Shown: positions 14,501 through 30,613, numbered from the stretch's first letter. The stretch is 64,000 nucleotides of DNA from the human T2T-CHM13v2.0 reference genome, Homo sapiens (GCF_009914755.1 NC_060935.1), one strand, 5' to 3'. Notes: generated by a model not told the origin, from the letters alone. Numbers and translations: made by a program.

Positions 14501-17500
14501 CCCTCCGTGAACTGCCCACTCCACAGGAAGCTGCCCTGCTCACGGGCACTGACAGTCTTCACTGCCTGGGGTTCTCCCCTGGAGAGGCAGATTCCTTGGC
14601 CCAGAATACGCAGCTTTAAGAAACCAAGTTGGGATCCGAATGCAGGGACTTCCTGCTCCAACTGCTGGCCCGAGGGCCCGCTCTGAGGCTCTGAGGCTCC
14701 CAGTCTGGGGCACCCGCACACCACGGCCCTCCCGCCCACGGTGAACGCCCCACCCGGCCCCAAGAGGCATCGGGAGGCGCTGCTTGGCCCAGAGGAGAAC
14801 AGCACTGATGCGGAGGCCCAGAGAGCTGGGGAGGCCTTGGGGGCGCCAATGGGAGGGTCTAAGAGCCCCCCGATCTCCCCTCGGGAAGATGAGCTCTGGC
14901 ACTCCACGAAGGACAAGCTGGTCTTGGGGAATTTCGCTGGCACAGAGACAGGAAGGAGAGGATCTTGGCCTTCTAAAATGTTTACTACATCAGGAAACGA
15001 ACGCACTACGCGCGGGCTCAGTGATGAAGAATAAACACACACACTCACTCAGGACACATTGAGTGCAGGCCCAGCCCCGGGCTTCCCGCTGCGGGGGAGG
15101 CTGGGAGGGTTCAGGCATGCCGCAGCCACAGACCATGAGCTTGGGGGTCAGGCGGGCGGGGGCCAAGGGCAGGGCCACGTCCCAGCCCTCCCCACCCAGG
15201 GCCGGGCGCCTGCCCGCCCGCCCTGGCTGCTCTGATCTGGCTGTCACGGTTACACAAGGCCAGCCTCCATTTCTTCATTAATGCCTCACCAAGGGGGGCC
15301 GCTAACCCGCAGCCTCAGGAATGTGCCTTTACAGAGCAGAGGATGCAGCCGCTGAAGGGCCGGGCAAGCTGCACCGGCCGGGGCTGGAGGTCCTGGCCTG
15401 GACTGCTCCCCCGGCCCTCCCCACTCTGGCCCGTGCTGGTCCAGGCCAGGGCAGAAGGAGGTCAACTTGTGCAATGCCTCTCTGGGTGAGCTCTGCACCG
15501 GGAGCTGGTGATGGGGACAGAGGAGGCCCTGGAAGAGGGGACGTGAGTTGAGAGAGCAGCACAAACCCAGGACATGCCTCCAGCATCTCTGCCTCCCTTC
15601 GTCCACAGAGACTGCTGCGGGGTCAGGCAGCACAGCTTCTTGCCTGAGCTCTGTGGCCTCGGGCAAGGAAGGTCCAGGAGTCAGGTGCTGGTCTGCAACA
15701 TGGGATCATCTCGCTCTCCAGAAAGGCTGCCAGGGGATCTTAGGGGAGGCCCTCACTCTCGTCTCTCCCCTGTAGTCCTGACACCTGCCGACCTCACACA
15801 TGGGCCCTCTGGGCGCCTGCCCTCCCCCCTCGTCCTTGCATGCATGCTGTTCCAGCCTTCGGAAATGCTGTTCCCTGGTGACCACTCCTACTCCAGCCCC
15901 CTGTGCCAGTGTCTTCCAAAATTTTCCTTCATTTCTGAAACCAAAGGAGTGTCTAGTCCAGAAAGGTCCCCTGGAGAAAGGGAAATGCTGACCAAGAAGG
16001 GGCCTCCAAGGGCCAGCACTGGAGGCCCCTTTGCCCTCCCACGCATACCCCAAACCAAGGATGCAAACCAATCACCTGCCTGGGCACAGAACCCCACATG
16101 TGCTGCCGGAAGTCGCAGAGCGTCCCCCCGGCTCCAGCAGGGCCCTGGGATACAGGCCCAGATTTGAGAGGCAGGAAGGCCCTTCTGGGCTGGGTGCAGG
16201 ACAGGGCCTTTCTGATGAAGTCAGGGCACCTGGGGAACCTGAAAGCTGAAAATTCACCTTCACAGAGGTGGACTAACTGCCACGCGGGGGTGGGTGACCC
16301 TGTACCTCTTGTGGCAGGCACACACTGGGGGTCCCTGGTGGACGGTGGGCAGGGGCAACCCAGGACCACGGGCATCTTGCCAAGGACTGGGGCAGGAGGC
16401 AGGGGCATCAGGCCTCCTGGGAGCAAGGCTTCCAGGTCCAGCACCAAGCTCAGGAGCGTCCTGCCCAGTCCTCATGCCCCTTGGCGCCACCAGCACCCCT
16501 CCTGGATCCTGCCCCTCCACGGCCATCATGACAGACGAGCATTCACATTGGGTCGGACCCCCTGCAGGGACCTCCCCATCCTCCCGGTTGGGATGCCTCC
16601 TCCTCACCCCACGCGGTTGGCCCCATCCTGTCTGCTTCAGAGTCGCTCCCCTTCTAGAGTGAGCTCCTTGCAGGTAGGAGCCTTATCCCTGAATGCCCCT
16701 TGACAAAGAGGGTGCGTCACAGCCTCCTGCCCGGACAGAGCACCTGGAGTGGAGACCGGACCGCAGGGCGTCTGAACATGGCCAGAAATGCGGGTCCAGC
16801 TGGGGTGGGGACTTCCTCCTCTCTCCTCGAGGCTGTGGCCAAGCTTATCCTGAACCCAGAACTCCCACCAGTCTCAGCCCACATCCCTTATCACTCCCCC
16901 TTCTTTCCTGGTGCCTGCTGCCTGCCCCCACCCAGCTCCTGCAGCCCTGAGTAGGTGATATGCCGGTGCCCCTCCCCTGCTGTCTCCTGTCCTGGCTGGT
17001 GCTGGGCACAGCAGGCCAGCTCTGCTCTTTTTGATATCCCCAGGTTCTAAGAAGCGGCTTGGCTGACCCCAGCCCACCCTCCTGAGGGTCAAAGCTGGCC
17101 CAGACACGCTACAGTGCCCAGCACCTGCTCCCTGGGACCCTCCCCATGGCCCCCTCCCACCAGGGCTCATTGGGATCCTCAGGAACTGCTGTCCCCACTT
17201 GTGGCGTGTCCCCAGGTCTTGGCCCTCAGCAGACAGCTCCTCAGCCTGCCGCTTCCCTTGTGAAGTGTACGTAAGTGAAACATCCCTATGCTGGCCCTGC
17301 CAGCTGGCACAGGGCAGACTCTGATGAAGAGCAGCGCCTGGGTGCCAGGGGGCCCTCGTGGCCAGGCTGCTGGGCTGGGTGCACCCACACACTCCTCTGC
17401 CTGCTCACCTGCTGGCCACGCCTCTCACTGCAGCCCTGGTGGAGGATGCCAAGCGGGAGCCGCACCCCCGCCTTGCCTGACAACAGTACCCGTCACCCGC

Positions 17501-19684
17501 TCTCAGCCGCAGCTCCAGCAGCTGCTCCCCTGCCCTCCCCGGCCAGCGGAGGAGACTGGAGTGGGCTACAAGGAAGGCAGGCCCCACACTCTTGGCCCTG
17601 CGCCTGAGTGCCCTTGCCAGGCCAAGTCAGACCACAGGACAGGCCACAGTGGTAGCAGGGCCTGGAGGACAGGCTGCCTGAGGCTGGCCTGGGTGGGGGC
17701 GGGGCAGAGAGGGGGCTGGGCTGTGTGTGCCAGGGGCCCTGCATCCTGTCCTCCTCTTTGGAGAAGCCCAGGCTCCTCCGGCCTCTCTTGCCTCTAAATC
17801 ATCTGCTTTTCAGCCTCACTAATTCGTGCAGGGTTCCTTGGCTCATCCACACATTTATTGGGCACCTACTGACTGCACACCCTGCTGGGCTTCAGGTCCT
17901 GTGTGCCCCAGTAAGAACAGCTCAGTTCTGGCACAGATCTTAGGGGGCGCAAGGCAGAGCCGCCCCTGGGGCCTGCCCCGCCTAGGCCTGCAGACGTGTT
18001 TTCCTCAGCCCCACCGGAGCTCACTGCGAGGGTAGCTTTTCACCGAGCCAAGGTGGCCCCTGTGCCCAGACAGCCCAGATTACAGTGGGCATACACTGGG
18101 GCAGACGCCGGCAGGGCCGCCTTGTTATCTCAGACGCTGACGTCACCTGTCTGCGGGGGGTGCAGGGGGGCCACTTCCCGGGGCCAGGCAGGAAGCCCGC
18201 CCAGTGCAGAGAGGGAGGTGCCCAGGCCCATCTCAAGCTTGCTGGGCCCAGGGGACCAGAGCCCCTGGGTTCCCTGATGCAACCAGGCCCCACTCTGCAC
18301 CCCGGGGCCTCCTAGGCTGGCCTGGCCCTGCCCCTCCGTCTGCCCTTCCCCACCCCAAAGCCCGCAGGACAAGTGGACAGCCCAGGCCGGTTGCAGTCCT
18401 GCATGCTCTGCTGAGCTCCCTGAGTCCAGGTTTTGGGGGGCAGTGGCTTTGGGCCAGGGTTCAGGGGTTTATTTCACAGGTCCTTCCAGGTGCCCCACAG
18501 TTGCTGAGTGGGAGACTGGCACTGGGGACTGGTGACAAGAGACCTCCCGGGCAGGCCCCTGGCACGGGCTGAAGGACGGAAGCTGGAGGCAGGGAGAAGC
18601 CAAGGGCATTGGGTTTGCAGACTCGATGGGGCAGGACAGGAGGGACTGGATGCCTGGGGAGGTTGGGGCAGGACTGTACCCAAGACAGGGGATCAAGCCT
18701 AGTACAGAGCCGAGCAGCGGGAGGGACCACCCTGCCAGGCCAAGGGAGGAAGACCCGGGGCCTCCAGACACAGTGTACCAGAGGAGAACCCTTCCCATCC
18801 AGCATGGCCAAGCGGGACCCGTGTGGCACTTGAAGCTGGGTCCCTGGACTCACCACCTTCCCTCACTGGACCCCTCGGCAGCCATGCAGGTGGGGCTCAC
18901 TCCCCTTTCTACTCGCCACCCTGCAGAGGAAGCTTCTTCTCGGCCAGCTGGCCCACCCGTGCCCCTCCCTCAGGAACCCCACCTGGCCCACCCCACAGCT
19001 CCTGTGTGTTCCCAGGGGCATCTGATCCTTCAGCCTGGCCCCTCTTTCCTCTCCAGCCACCTGTGCTGCCATTCCAGTGACAGCCAGGCCAAACTCCCTG
19101 CTGGGTCCCCAAATGTCAGGGCGTCTCTCTCACCTCTGTTCCCTCCTCCTGGAATGCCCTTCCTGCTGCCTCATGGCACGCTTCTCTTGGGCCGTTTCAC
19201 AGGTGTCGCTTGGGGCTTGAGGATTTCAACCTCATGGGTTTTTAGATTAGAGTTAGAAAGAGGGGAGACCTTCACCTGGAGGCAATGATTCAAAGACAGG
19301 CAGATTACTTCTCTCCATCGACCCGCACAACCATCTTGGCAGCCCATTTTACAGAGAAGCCTAGACCAAAGGAATGAGGTGTCTTTCAAAGGCCACACAG
19401 AGCCAGGAGAGACTCTTCCCCACACTGACGTCCACTGGGACCCCAGCCTTAGTGCTCCCTGTGTGTGTCTGTCACTGTCATTGTGGAAAATAAAAGGTCC
19501 TGAAAGGACAGTCTCAGGTCCTGGTCCTGGTCTTAGATGTGACTTATGATGACTTCAAATCCATAAGACACAGATGCAGTGGGTAAATTGAGGCAGCCTC
19601 TTGTTTCTTAGCCAAAGAACTTGTTCAAGAAGTTTTCTTAGCAATGGGCTTCCAATTATCAAACCTGGATGATATAGAATTGTG

Positions 19685-20150
19685 GTGGAAAGGGTGGTAG
19701 ATAGGTGGGTGGATAGATGGGTGGGTGAATTGATGGATGGATGGGTGAACGGATGGATGGATGGATGGATGGATGGATAAATGGATGGATGGATGGATGA
19801 TCGATGGATGGGTAGGTGGGTGAATGGATGGAGGTTGGAATGGATGGATGGATGGATGAGTGAATATGTAGGTGAGTGGAAGGATGTGTGGGATGGATGG
19901 GTGGATGAGTGGATGGGAAGGTGGTGTGTGAATGGATGAATGGATGGTTGAGATGGATGGATGATTAGGATGGATGGATGGATGGACGGATGAAAGGATG
20001 AGTGGGTAGAGGAAAGGATGAATGGATGGGTGAGTGGGGGATGTGGAGACATGAGGATGAATGTAGACGTATGAATAAGTAGGTGGATGAATGAAGAGCA
20101 GGTGGGTAGATGGAAGGGTGGATGAACAGTTGGATGGAGGAATGAATGGA
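19685..20150. repeat. Degenerate (GGAT)n
   Basis: Direct reading of the sequence. Confidence 0.95.
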
Positions 20151-22044
20151 TCCTCAAATAGCACTTTCTTTGGCTAAGGTGTTGTAACCTTGAATCATGG
20201 AGAATGATTGCCAGGCACCCTCCACTCTGTGAGTCTCTGGTTCTCTGCCATGACCCCCAGGGCCATAGAGCAGTGTGGCTTCTCAATCCCCAAATAAGGT
20301 GGACAAAGTCCGCACTGGCAGGCCCAGGGAGCAGGAAGTCCGGGTGGGGTGGGAGGCCCTGCTCCCGGAGCTGAAGTCAGTTCCTTCTTTTCTAAACAAT
20401 GAGGCCTGGCCTGATCTTTGCCGCACCTCCACCCTGCTCCACCCAAGCTCCCTCCACATCTGATGGGGCTCTGGGGCCCTCAGAGCTGGATGCAGGGAGC
20501 TGGGGGCTGGAGCAGGAGGGCCAAAAAGAGCAGGACCCACATAGTTTGCAAAAGGCTCAGTCGTGGAAATGCTGCCTTCCCTGCAGCCAAGGCTCCTGGA
20601 GCCAGTTTCCCCCAAGCTTCTTTCTGTAGGGAGATAGGAGCTGGGGGTTTGTTGGCCAAGACATGACTTTGGTTTCTTGTTTTCGTCTTTCTTCTTCAAG
20701 TCCATAGTTGGAAGGCCCTGCATCCCCTTCTCTCTCCTGTGTCCTCTTCCTTATGGTCATCCTGCTCTGTCCCCCAACTTCCCTTTCCTTGCCCCTCTCT
20801 CTGCCCCACCATGGCCAGTCTGGCAGAGGAGGAGACTGGAAGAGTAGAGTAGGAAGGAAAACCAAGTCTGCCCTTGCCAGGGCACGGAGGACCAGACTTT
20901 CCAACCCAACCGTGGCTCCCAGTTTCAGTGACCAAGCTGGGGCTCTTAGGCCTAAGCAGGGGCTCTCCTCTGCTCCAGCTCTGTCTCCTGCATTGGCAGG
21001 AGAGAGCCTCTCCCACAGAGCTGTCCCTGGAACAGAAGGACAAGCTGAAAACCAGAGAATCTCCCCCTCTCGTGCTAAGGGTAGCCAGAGTGTTCCACGG
21101 CCCTGGAGACACCATCCACCACCCTCCCAGTGGGCTTCCTGGAAACCCAGAGATGGCTCCAGGGGCTCTGCCCTCCTGGGAAGCCACTTAGAGCCCAAAG
21201 AGCGCTTTCCACATGGAAATAAGGGGTCTCTTCTGAGGGTAGTGGTGCTGCAGTACAGAGCAGGGGCAGGGCCGGGAACTGGGGACACAGGCCTGTGTGG
21301 ACTCAAAATGAACGAGGGCCGTCCTGTGCGTGCTCCACTCCAAATCCCATCTGCTCCCACACTGCTGGCCCAGGGAAAATCTGGGTAGTGACAGTGGCCG
21401 TCCCTCACGCCCTCCATGGCCAGGTGCCAGTAGCGTGTTCCACAAGCATCACCTTCGAAACCCTGAAGGAGTCAGGACTGTCGCTGTTCCAGACAAGGAG
21501 ACTGAGGATGAGTCTCCATTAAGTGGCTTTCCCGCAGACACACAGTAAGTGGCACAAGAGTCAGGAGTTTGAGCCCGGGTCAGCCCAGCTCCAGCCATGG
21601 TCGCAGGGGCTGCCTGCAACCCCTGACGAGGGGCACCCCGGGGAGGCCTGGACCCAGCACCTGCAGCCCAACCTGGGCAGAGGCTGATCCAGCAGCTAGG
21701 AAGGGCATGGGTCCAGGAGATGGCAGAGCAGGGAACAGAGCGCTGCCGCTCAGGGTACTCCCGGGGAGCTGTGGTTCTCAGTGGAGGCCGCTCCCACACT
21801 GACACTCAGGCACCCTTTCACCTGCTGATGCCCAGACACTGCTGAGGCCAACACAACAGACCCACAGCCTGGGTCAGCACGGACAAGGGTGCTTCCTGGC
21901 TCCTCCTGACCATTGCTGAATGAATGATGGGTGAATGAATGAATTAACAAATGATGGCTGACTGATGAAAAGCAAGAACACAGATGGAACCAGAGCTTCT
22001 GGGGCGCGGAGGCAGGGGCACAACCCCCTCCCGTGCCGGAGTGC

Positions 22045-22255
22045 GCACACACACACACAGGGGTACACACATGCACGCACAGACACACATGCATACACAC
22101 ACATGCCCACACATGCAAACACACATTCATATACACACACGCCCACACACACAAACACACATTCATATACACACATGCCCACACATGCAAACACACATTC
22201 ATATACACACGCACGCCCACACATGCAAACACACATTCATATACACACACGCGCA
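22045..22255. repeat. CA-rich minisatellite (~34-36-bp unit cacatgcaaacacacattcatatacaca...)
   Basis: Four copies of aaacacacattcatatacacac. Confidence 0.92.
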
Positions 22256-23974
22256 GCAGGCCTCCTTGGTCAAGGCCTCCAGAGCTTTGTCCTTCCTCAC
22301 GGTTCCAGTGGCCCAGAAGACTCACCATGTTGCCTTGCCCCAGCCCAGGGCCCCAAGTGAGTGTATCAGGATCCCTGAGCCCGCCCCGAAATCCCCAGGT
22401 TTCCACCGCTCCCAGCAGGAAGCCGTGCTTCATGCATGAGGCCTCCCTCACCTGTTAATTTCCGCTGATCCTGCCAACCCCCAGGTGAGGGCAGCCATGG
22501 GGACCCCAGTGGCCCAGAGCTGGGCCCAGGAAAGGGACCAAAGGCCCAGGGGGCCTTGCTCCTGGAGCCGACTCCACTCAATGCCAGGGCACAGAGGGAA
22601 ACCAGGCACTGTGGCCAGGCCCCTGGGAAGGGTCATGGGTGCATGCTCAGCAACCCTCGGCCATCATGTGGCTGCAGGCCCAGCCTGTTGCTAGGATTAG
22701 TCCCGGATTAGCCCACTGAGGTCCCAGAGGCTCGAGTGTCCTGGTCACCAGTGCTATAGAAACCTGGCCAGAGGCAGGGGGTGGAGACTGGTTCCTCCTT
22801 GGTGGGCTCTTCCCTCCAGGCCCAGTCTGAGCCTTACCCTTTCCTGAGCCAGCTCTGGAGTGCCTGGGGCCTGAGCTCCCACCCCCAGCCCTGCGGGAGC
22901 CCTTCTCCACAGAGCTCTGCACCTAGGGAAGTTGTAGCTTTCCAGAATCAGCTGTTTTCCAGATCCCGGAATGAAAACGGATGACCGATCATGTTGTGCC
23001 TGATGTGGAAAAGCGAAGCGTTTGTTCTCTCCCTTCTCAGATGCTCCTTAATACAGAAAACGTCAGAGCTGGTTCACCCTGCTGCCCCAGGAGCACCCTG
23101 GAGCTTCCCTCCCCAGGCCCAGCCCAAGCACCGCCTCCTGAGAACTCTCCTCCCCTCACTGACCCCTGTCCCATCTGTCTCTGCCCTGAAGGAACACCAA
23201 GTTGGGGCTGTGGGGCTGGGACCAGGCCTCGGAGCCAGGTAGCAGCCCATTGGGGGACAGCTCAAGAGGCTCCGAGAGCTCCCTGTGACATCTGAGAGGC
23301 CAGCAGGACGAAGGCCACAGCCAGCAGCCAGGACCTGACCACTTGCCCAGGCTGGTCTGAGCTCCTGGCCAGGGGCCTCTTGGCAACATGACCTGGCAGG
23401 TGCTGTCTGTCCATTATTCCCCTCTCACGGATGTCCCCGGCCTCTGTGGACATGACCGCCTAGCCCTGAAACTCCAAATGTACCTTTCTGCCTCTCCTCT
23501 TCTCTGTCAGGTGATGCCATCCTTCCCAGGGGCCTTCTGGGCTCTTCACTCCTCTAGGCCCTCAGCAAAGGCTCTCACTCTGCCCTCAGCACACACCAGG
23601 GTGCAACCACCCTCACTCCTCCACCAGTCCCTCCCAGTCACTCCCTTCTGTGTGTATCCCAGCAGGTGCCTCCACTTCTCCTCTTGCACTCTGGTCACTC
23701 AGCAGCCACAGGATCCCTTCACTCCTAAGCAGAGACCTCCACTAGCCCCACTTCTCTCCAAGAAAAAGCTGCATCCCCTTCAGGGCTTCCTGATGCCTTC
23801 CTGGGCAAGCTCCCCTTGGTTTCTCAGGTGTGTTTCTCAACAACCCATGCTTCCTCCCTATCCACCACTCCTCAGAGACGCCACATCACCTCTCTACAAG
23901 CCTTGTACCCGCTGCTCCTGCCATGAGATGCTCTCCCCCAGATGTCCATGTGAGTATGTGGTGGGGGCTAGAAA

Positions 23975-24940
23975 GGTATGTAGATGGGTAAATGGTTGGC
24001 TGGGTAGATGGCTGGATGCGTGGGTGGATGCATGGATCCATGGAAGGAAGGAAGGAAGGAAGGAAGAGAGGGAGGGAGGGCAAGAGGAAAGAAGGAAGGA
24101 AGGAAGGAAAGAAGGAAGGAAGAGAAGAAGGGAGGGAGGGAGGATGAATGGGTGCACAGATGGGTGCATGGATGGGTGCATGGATGGGTGCATGGATGGG
24201 TGGATGAACAGATGGATGGATGAACAGATGGATGGATGGATAAGTGGATGCATGGATTCATGGAAGTAAGGAAGGAAGGAAGGAAGGAAGGAAGGAAAGG
24301 AAGATGGATGGATGCATGGATGGGTGCATGGATGGATGGATGGATGCATGCATGGATGGAAGGAAGGATGGATGGGTGGATGGATACATGAACAAATGAG
24401 TGGGTGGATGGATGGATGGATGAATGGGTGGGTGGATGCATGGATGGGTGGATGCATGGATGGATGGAAGATAGATATATGGATAAATAAGTGGGTGTAT
24501 GAATAGGTGGGTGAATGGACGGATGAATAGATGCATAGATGGGTGGATGCATGGATGGATGGATGGATAGATAGATACATGGGTGAATGAGTGGATGTAT
24601 GAATGAGTGGGTGAATGGATGGATGAATAGATGCATAGAGGAGTGGATACATGGATGGGTGGATAGATAGATAAATACATGGATGAATGAGTGGGTGTAT
24701 GAATGGGTGGATGCATGCATGGATGGATGGATAGATGGATGGATAAATGGATACATGTAGGAGTGAGTGAATAGATGCTTGGATGGATGGATGGAAGAAA
24801 GGATGGATGGATAGATGAATACATGGATAATGACTGGGTGTATAAATGGATGGGTGGATGGTGGGTGGATGAATGAATGGATAGATGCCTGGATAAATGG
24901 ATGGATAGATGCATGGATGGATGAATGGATGGGTGGATGC
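23975..24940. repeat. Compound (GGAT)n/(GGAA)n array
   Basis: Direct reading; GGAA blocks at ~24042-24140 and ~24262-24303. Confidence 0.96.
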
Positions 24941-25489
24941 CCTTTCTCTGAATGCCAGCCAGGAACGTAGCCAAGTGGAAAGGCCCAGGTGGGCAGCTGT
25001 CTTCCCAGACCACTCACCCTGACCTGAGAACAACTGCTGGGCCCCAGGTGTTGAAAGGGCAAAAAGAGATGTACCCAGCTGGACTGTGCAGGTGCTGGCT
25101 GCCCGTTGTTTTGAGCCATGCTCTGATTTGTTCCTCTGTGCCTGCTCTGGGGACTTGGCCACTCTGAGCCATCTGCAGGCTTCCCTGGTGTCCCCTGTAC
25201 CCATACCACAAGCCAAGTTCCTCCAATGTCACCCTTGATTGCTGTCCCTTGTGTGACTCACACTGGTCCTCCCTGTGTGATCATAGGCTATTCGCCTCTG
25301 CCACACACCACACTCATCACCCAGGCTAATCTGGGTGGGAGGCAGACTTGTCCAGCGCTCACAGCTGCTGAGCCTCAGAGCCAGGCCAGACCCAAGGCCA
25401 GGACTCCTGAGCTCCCCTCCAACTCTCCGTCCTTACAAGCCTTCCTTGCACCAGCCTTGTCCCCTCTGGTCTAGTTGCATCTATTTCAC

Positions 25490-25990
25490 CCCTGCCAGAA
25501 GACGGTGTTCGTTGCCTATGGCTGCAGAATAAATTAGTCCAAAACTTAAAACAATAAAGACTTAAAGTGATGGATATTTATCATCTCAGTTTCTGTGGGT
25601 CAGGAGTACAGGAGCAGCTTAGCCTGGTGGTTGTGGCTTGGCTTGGCTGCCACCCCCTGACACCCCAAGCCAAGCCACCAGCCCTGGGCCCCAGCCATCT
25701 GAAGGTCCTGCTGGACTGAAGTGTCCCCTTCATGCCTGGCAACCTAGTGTGGCTGTCGGAGGGATGCTCAGTCCTTCCACACAAACCTCTGAGGTTTGCG
25801 CATCCTCACAACATGGCAGCCAGCTTTCCCCAGAGGGAGTGAAGGGAGAGAGGTGGGGGAAGAAGAAGGATGCTGCAGTGTCAATTATGACCTGGCCTCA
25901 GAAGTCACCCGCCGTCATTCCCACTGTTGGTTACACAAATCCATCCTGTTAATGTGAGGGGGGCCGCACAGTGGCCGAATTCCTGGAAGT
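25490..25990 (-). mobile_element. Old MLT1-type LTR
   Basis: aaaacttaaaacaataa...tcatctcagtttctgtgggtcaggag...catctgaagg...cctcacaacatggcagc...gacctggcctcagaagtcac. Confidence 0.7.
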
Positions 25991-28004
25991 GCAGATCTAG
26001 GCCCATGGCTACCATGACCTGCAGCTGACATGCTCTTCTTTCTTCCACAAATGACATGAAGTGAGAGAAGCAGTGGGCAAGGTAGCCCCAGACTGACCAT
26101 CTTCTTGTGGTTCCATTGCCGACACCTGGTGACCTGGCCCAGCCAACACCTCCAGCCCCCTCCTCCTTCCCCACAATAGGCTCAGCTCAGGCCACCCTGA
26201 GCGCCAGGGGCAAGGTGTGCCTGGAGCTCTTCAGTGAGACAGTGACTGTTTCTGGGGTAGCCCTGGACCCTGAACCCCTCCAGTGCTGAGATAGACGAGG
26301 GGTCCCTCCTTACTGTCCCCTTCCCTGGCCCCATGACTCTGCAGATTCCCCAGCCACAGGGCAGGAAGGGTAGAGCCAGCGTTTTGGGTGGGATAGGGAA
26401 GGGCCCGGCTGGGAGGCAGAACAGCTGGTGGAGGGTGGGGGAGGCATCCTGAGGCCCTGGGGGACACCAGGGCACCGACTGTACGTTGTTCTCCATCCCC
26501 AGCCTGGGCCAAGAGGGCAACCCAGGGAGCCCAGGACCTTGTCCAGCAGCTGAGGCCTCTGAGGGGAGAGTGCCAGAAAGAGTGGGGGTGCCAGGGCTCT
26601 GTCCCCCATCTTTCCTGGCTTGGGTTTCTGGGAGAGGGGGCGGGTGTTGACTCCCGGAGGGGCTGCCCTGGAAGTCAGGTGGCCTGGCGGTTCCCAGACC
26701 TGCCAGCCCTTGCTGAGGGAGCCTGCAGGCTCTTCTCCTTCCCAGGCCTCCCCGGCATCTGAGAACCTTCTCCCCAGCACTGACCCGTGGCTGGGAGAGG
26801 GTCAGGGCCCTCAGGGAGCCCGGCTGAGCCAGCACGGGACGCAGGGGTCGGCTCCTTCAGACCCCCCCACTTTCGGGCAGCGGTGCCCACGCCCAGCTGG
26901 GCAGGGCCGAGTCCATGAGACCCACTGCCCTCCCCGGGAGCTCCCGGCCAGCCGCCCACTGCAGCAGCCCGTGTAAAAGTAACGCCTGTTATGCCAGGAA
27001 CGTCACAGGGCCCTGGGGCTGCAGACAAGCTGGGTCTTTTTTTTTTTTTATTATTAAAAAGCAAAACCTAAACCAAGAAAACAAAGTGATTAAGTTTCTC
27101 CTCAGAACAGCAGGCCCCACAGAAATGAGGAGCGACCGTCCCACTGGGTGCTTGGACCCTCACCCACCACGCGGGAAAACAGCCGAATTCTTCACACAAA
27201 CAGGAAGCAGCTGGTCTTCCCTGAACATGAGGGGAGGGCTGGGGCCTCAGCATGCGGGCTGCCTAGAAGGTGGCGCTGCAGCCAGGCCCTCGGCTGGGCT
27301 GGGCAGTCCCAGCCCTCCAGGAAACGGCCAGGCTGCAACTCCCCCGCCAGGAACCCCTGGGCTTCGCGCTTGACCAGTGGAGCCGTGCAGGTCAGAGGAG
27401 GGTGGGCTCCCAGCACACACCCTTCTCTGCCACGGTGGGCTCAGCTGCTCCACCCAGGCTGCCAAGACCCAGCCCAGAGCACACAAACTAGCTGGGCTTC
27501 TCATGGGGTACAATGGGAGTGGGCAGGAGCTGGCAGCCATGCTGGGCAGGTCAAGGGCCTTCAAAGGGCTGCCACAGCCCAGCTGGGGCGCTGAGGCCTG
27601 CAGAAGCTCACTCTGGTGGCATTGAGTTGGGGAAGGGGTCTCTGTGAGCCAGGTTCAGAAAGGAAGATGTGAGGCAAGTTTTAAAGAAATGTTTTAAAAT
27701 AGAAGGGGCTTAAAGCAGAAAAGTTTAGCCTGCCAGAAGTTAGAACATGTTCTAGAGTAACAATAATTAAAACCTCACGGTACTGATGCAAAGATGGAGA
27801 TATAGGCTGGGGAGGAGAAGTGGAAGTCTGGAAGTGGAACCAGCAACCTACACAAAGAACATTAAAACTCCAGAAAAAAAGAACGCTACAATTTAAAACC
27901 ACAGCGTAGGATCTCAGAAGCCCTTCCAGCAGAGGAGCACAGAGGAGCTGCCTCAGGCATTGTCTTGAGATAATGTGTTAGTAATTTGTAATAAAATTCA
28001 ATCA

Positions 28005-28620
28005 AAGAGAACACTTACATCCACATAAAAACCTGCTCACAAGTATTTATAGCAGTTTTATTCATAATCACCAAAAACTTGGAAGCAACTGAGATCTTTC
28101 AGTGCGTGAGTGGGTAAACACACAGCGGTACCTCTATGCCGAGGAATGTTATTCGGTGCTAAAAAGAAGTTAGCTGTGAGCCGCAAGAAGACATGGAGGA
28201 GCACCAAATGCATGATACTAAGTGAGAGAAGCCACTCTGCAAAGGCTACGCCCGTAGGATTCCACCTCTATGACGTCCTCGAAAAGGCAAAGCTATGGAG
28301 ACAGTGAAAAGACCGGTGGCTGCCAGCGTTTGCAGGAAGAGAGGGAGGAAGAGGTGCAGAACCATGACTGTGGGGGCAGTGAAACTACTCTGTCTGATAG
28401 TCTGATGGTGGATATAGGGCATGATAACTTGCGTCCAAACTCATAGAATGCACAACCCCTAGAGTGAGCCTGGACCTCAGTGTGTGCTGGTGCTGGCTGG
28501 TCAATTCTAAGAGAAGGCCCACATATTGCAACATGTGAATAACAGGGGAAACTGTGGTGGACGCATGAGGCAGGAGGTCCATGGGAACTCACTGTGCTTT
28601 CCATGTGATTTTTCTGTAGT
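28005..28620 (+). mobile_element. L1MC-like 3' fragment
   Basis: ccacataaaaacctgctcacaagtatttatagcagttttattcataatcaccaaaaacttggaagcaac...ctaagtgagagaagcca...aggcaaagctatggagacagtgaaaaga. Confidence 0.82.
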
Positions 28621-29091
28621 CCTAACCCAGTTTTACTCTTGTCCAAGGACCGTCTGTCCATCACTTTTTAATGCCACTCTCAGCAGCTCCCTTTGTGGAG
28701 AACAAACCCGAGCCAGGCTGTTTACACGCGCATCCGGTGGGAGCCCCGTGCTCAGGTGCTCGCTTTTGCACAGGGGGACACTGAGGAACAGAAAAGCGAG
28801 GCAACACTCCAGGATTTGAAACAGTCAAAACACTTGCCCCTCTGCTAATTATAAGCACAGCTACTGGCCCCTAAGCCTGGGCTCTTCGACCTCGGTTCTC
28901 AAATGTTCCGGCCTCAGGGCCTCTTGCATTCCCCAAAGTTATGAACAAGTCCTTAAAGAGAGTGGGTTGATACGGGGTCACCCCTGCTGATATTTACTGT
29001 CTTAGAAGTTACAACTAAGACATTGAAATATTTCAATATTTAAAATATTAGAAATTTTAAAAATAGGTTAAATGAATTAATTTAAAAGTCA

Positions 29092-29587
<496 letters not shown>

Positions 29588-29945
29588 CTAGGCTTTTCAA
29601 AACAAAGCAAGTTCCGTGAGAAGAGTGAGATGTCTTTGCACTTTGCGAATCTCTGTGGCTTGCTGGAAGGCAGCGGATTCCCATCACGCCTCTGCAGGCT
29701 TTGGCCAGCGCATGGGAAGAATGTAGATGAGGACATCTACGAACATACGTGGTTGGGAGTTGGGGGTGGGGGGCGCTGGTACTTTAATGGCCTTATGCGC
29801 TTGTAGATTTTCTTTTTGCTACTACACCAAAACTTGACAAGTGTCATTTCTTCAAGCTTAGCTGCAATGCAGAATCTGAAACCCATGACCTTTAGAGACT
29901 CCGTGATGTTACAGTCCCTCAGTTTAGGAAACGACAGAGGCATCA

Positions 29946-30613
<668 letters not shown>

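Noticed and set aside
17936-17952. CTCF-like cores (ttagggggcgc here; ctagggggcac at ~52786)
   Set aside because: Only the 3' half matches, which is common in GC-rich DNA and cannot be supported without ChIP data.
23894-25216. 440-aa, 413-aa and 251-aa HPSI-repeat ORFs (and similar ORFs at 19555-20286)
   Set aside because: They are (TCCA)n repeat translations.
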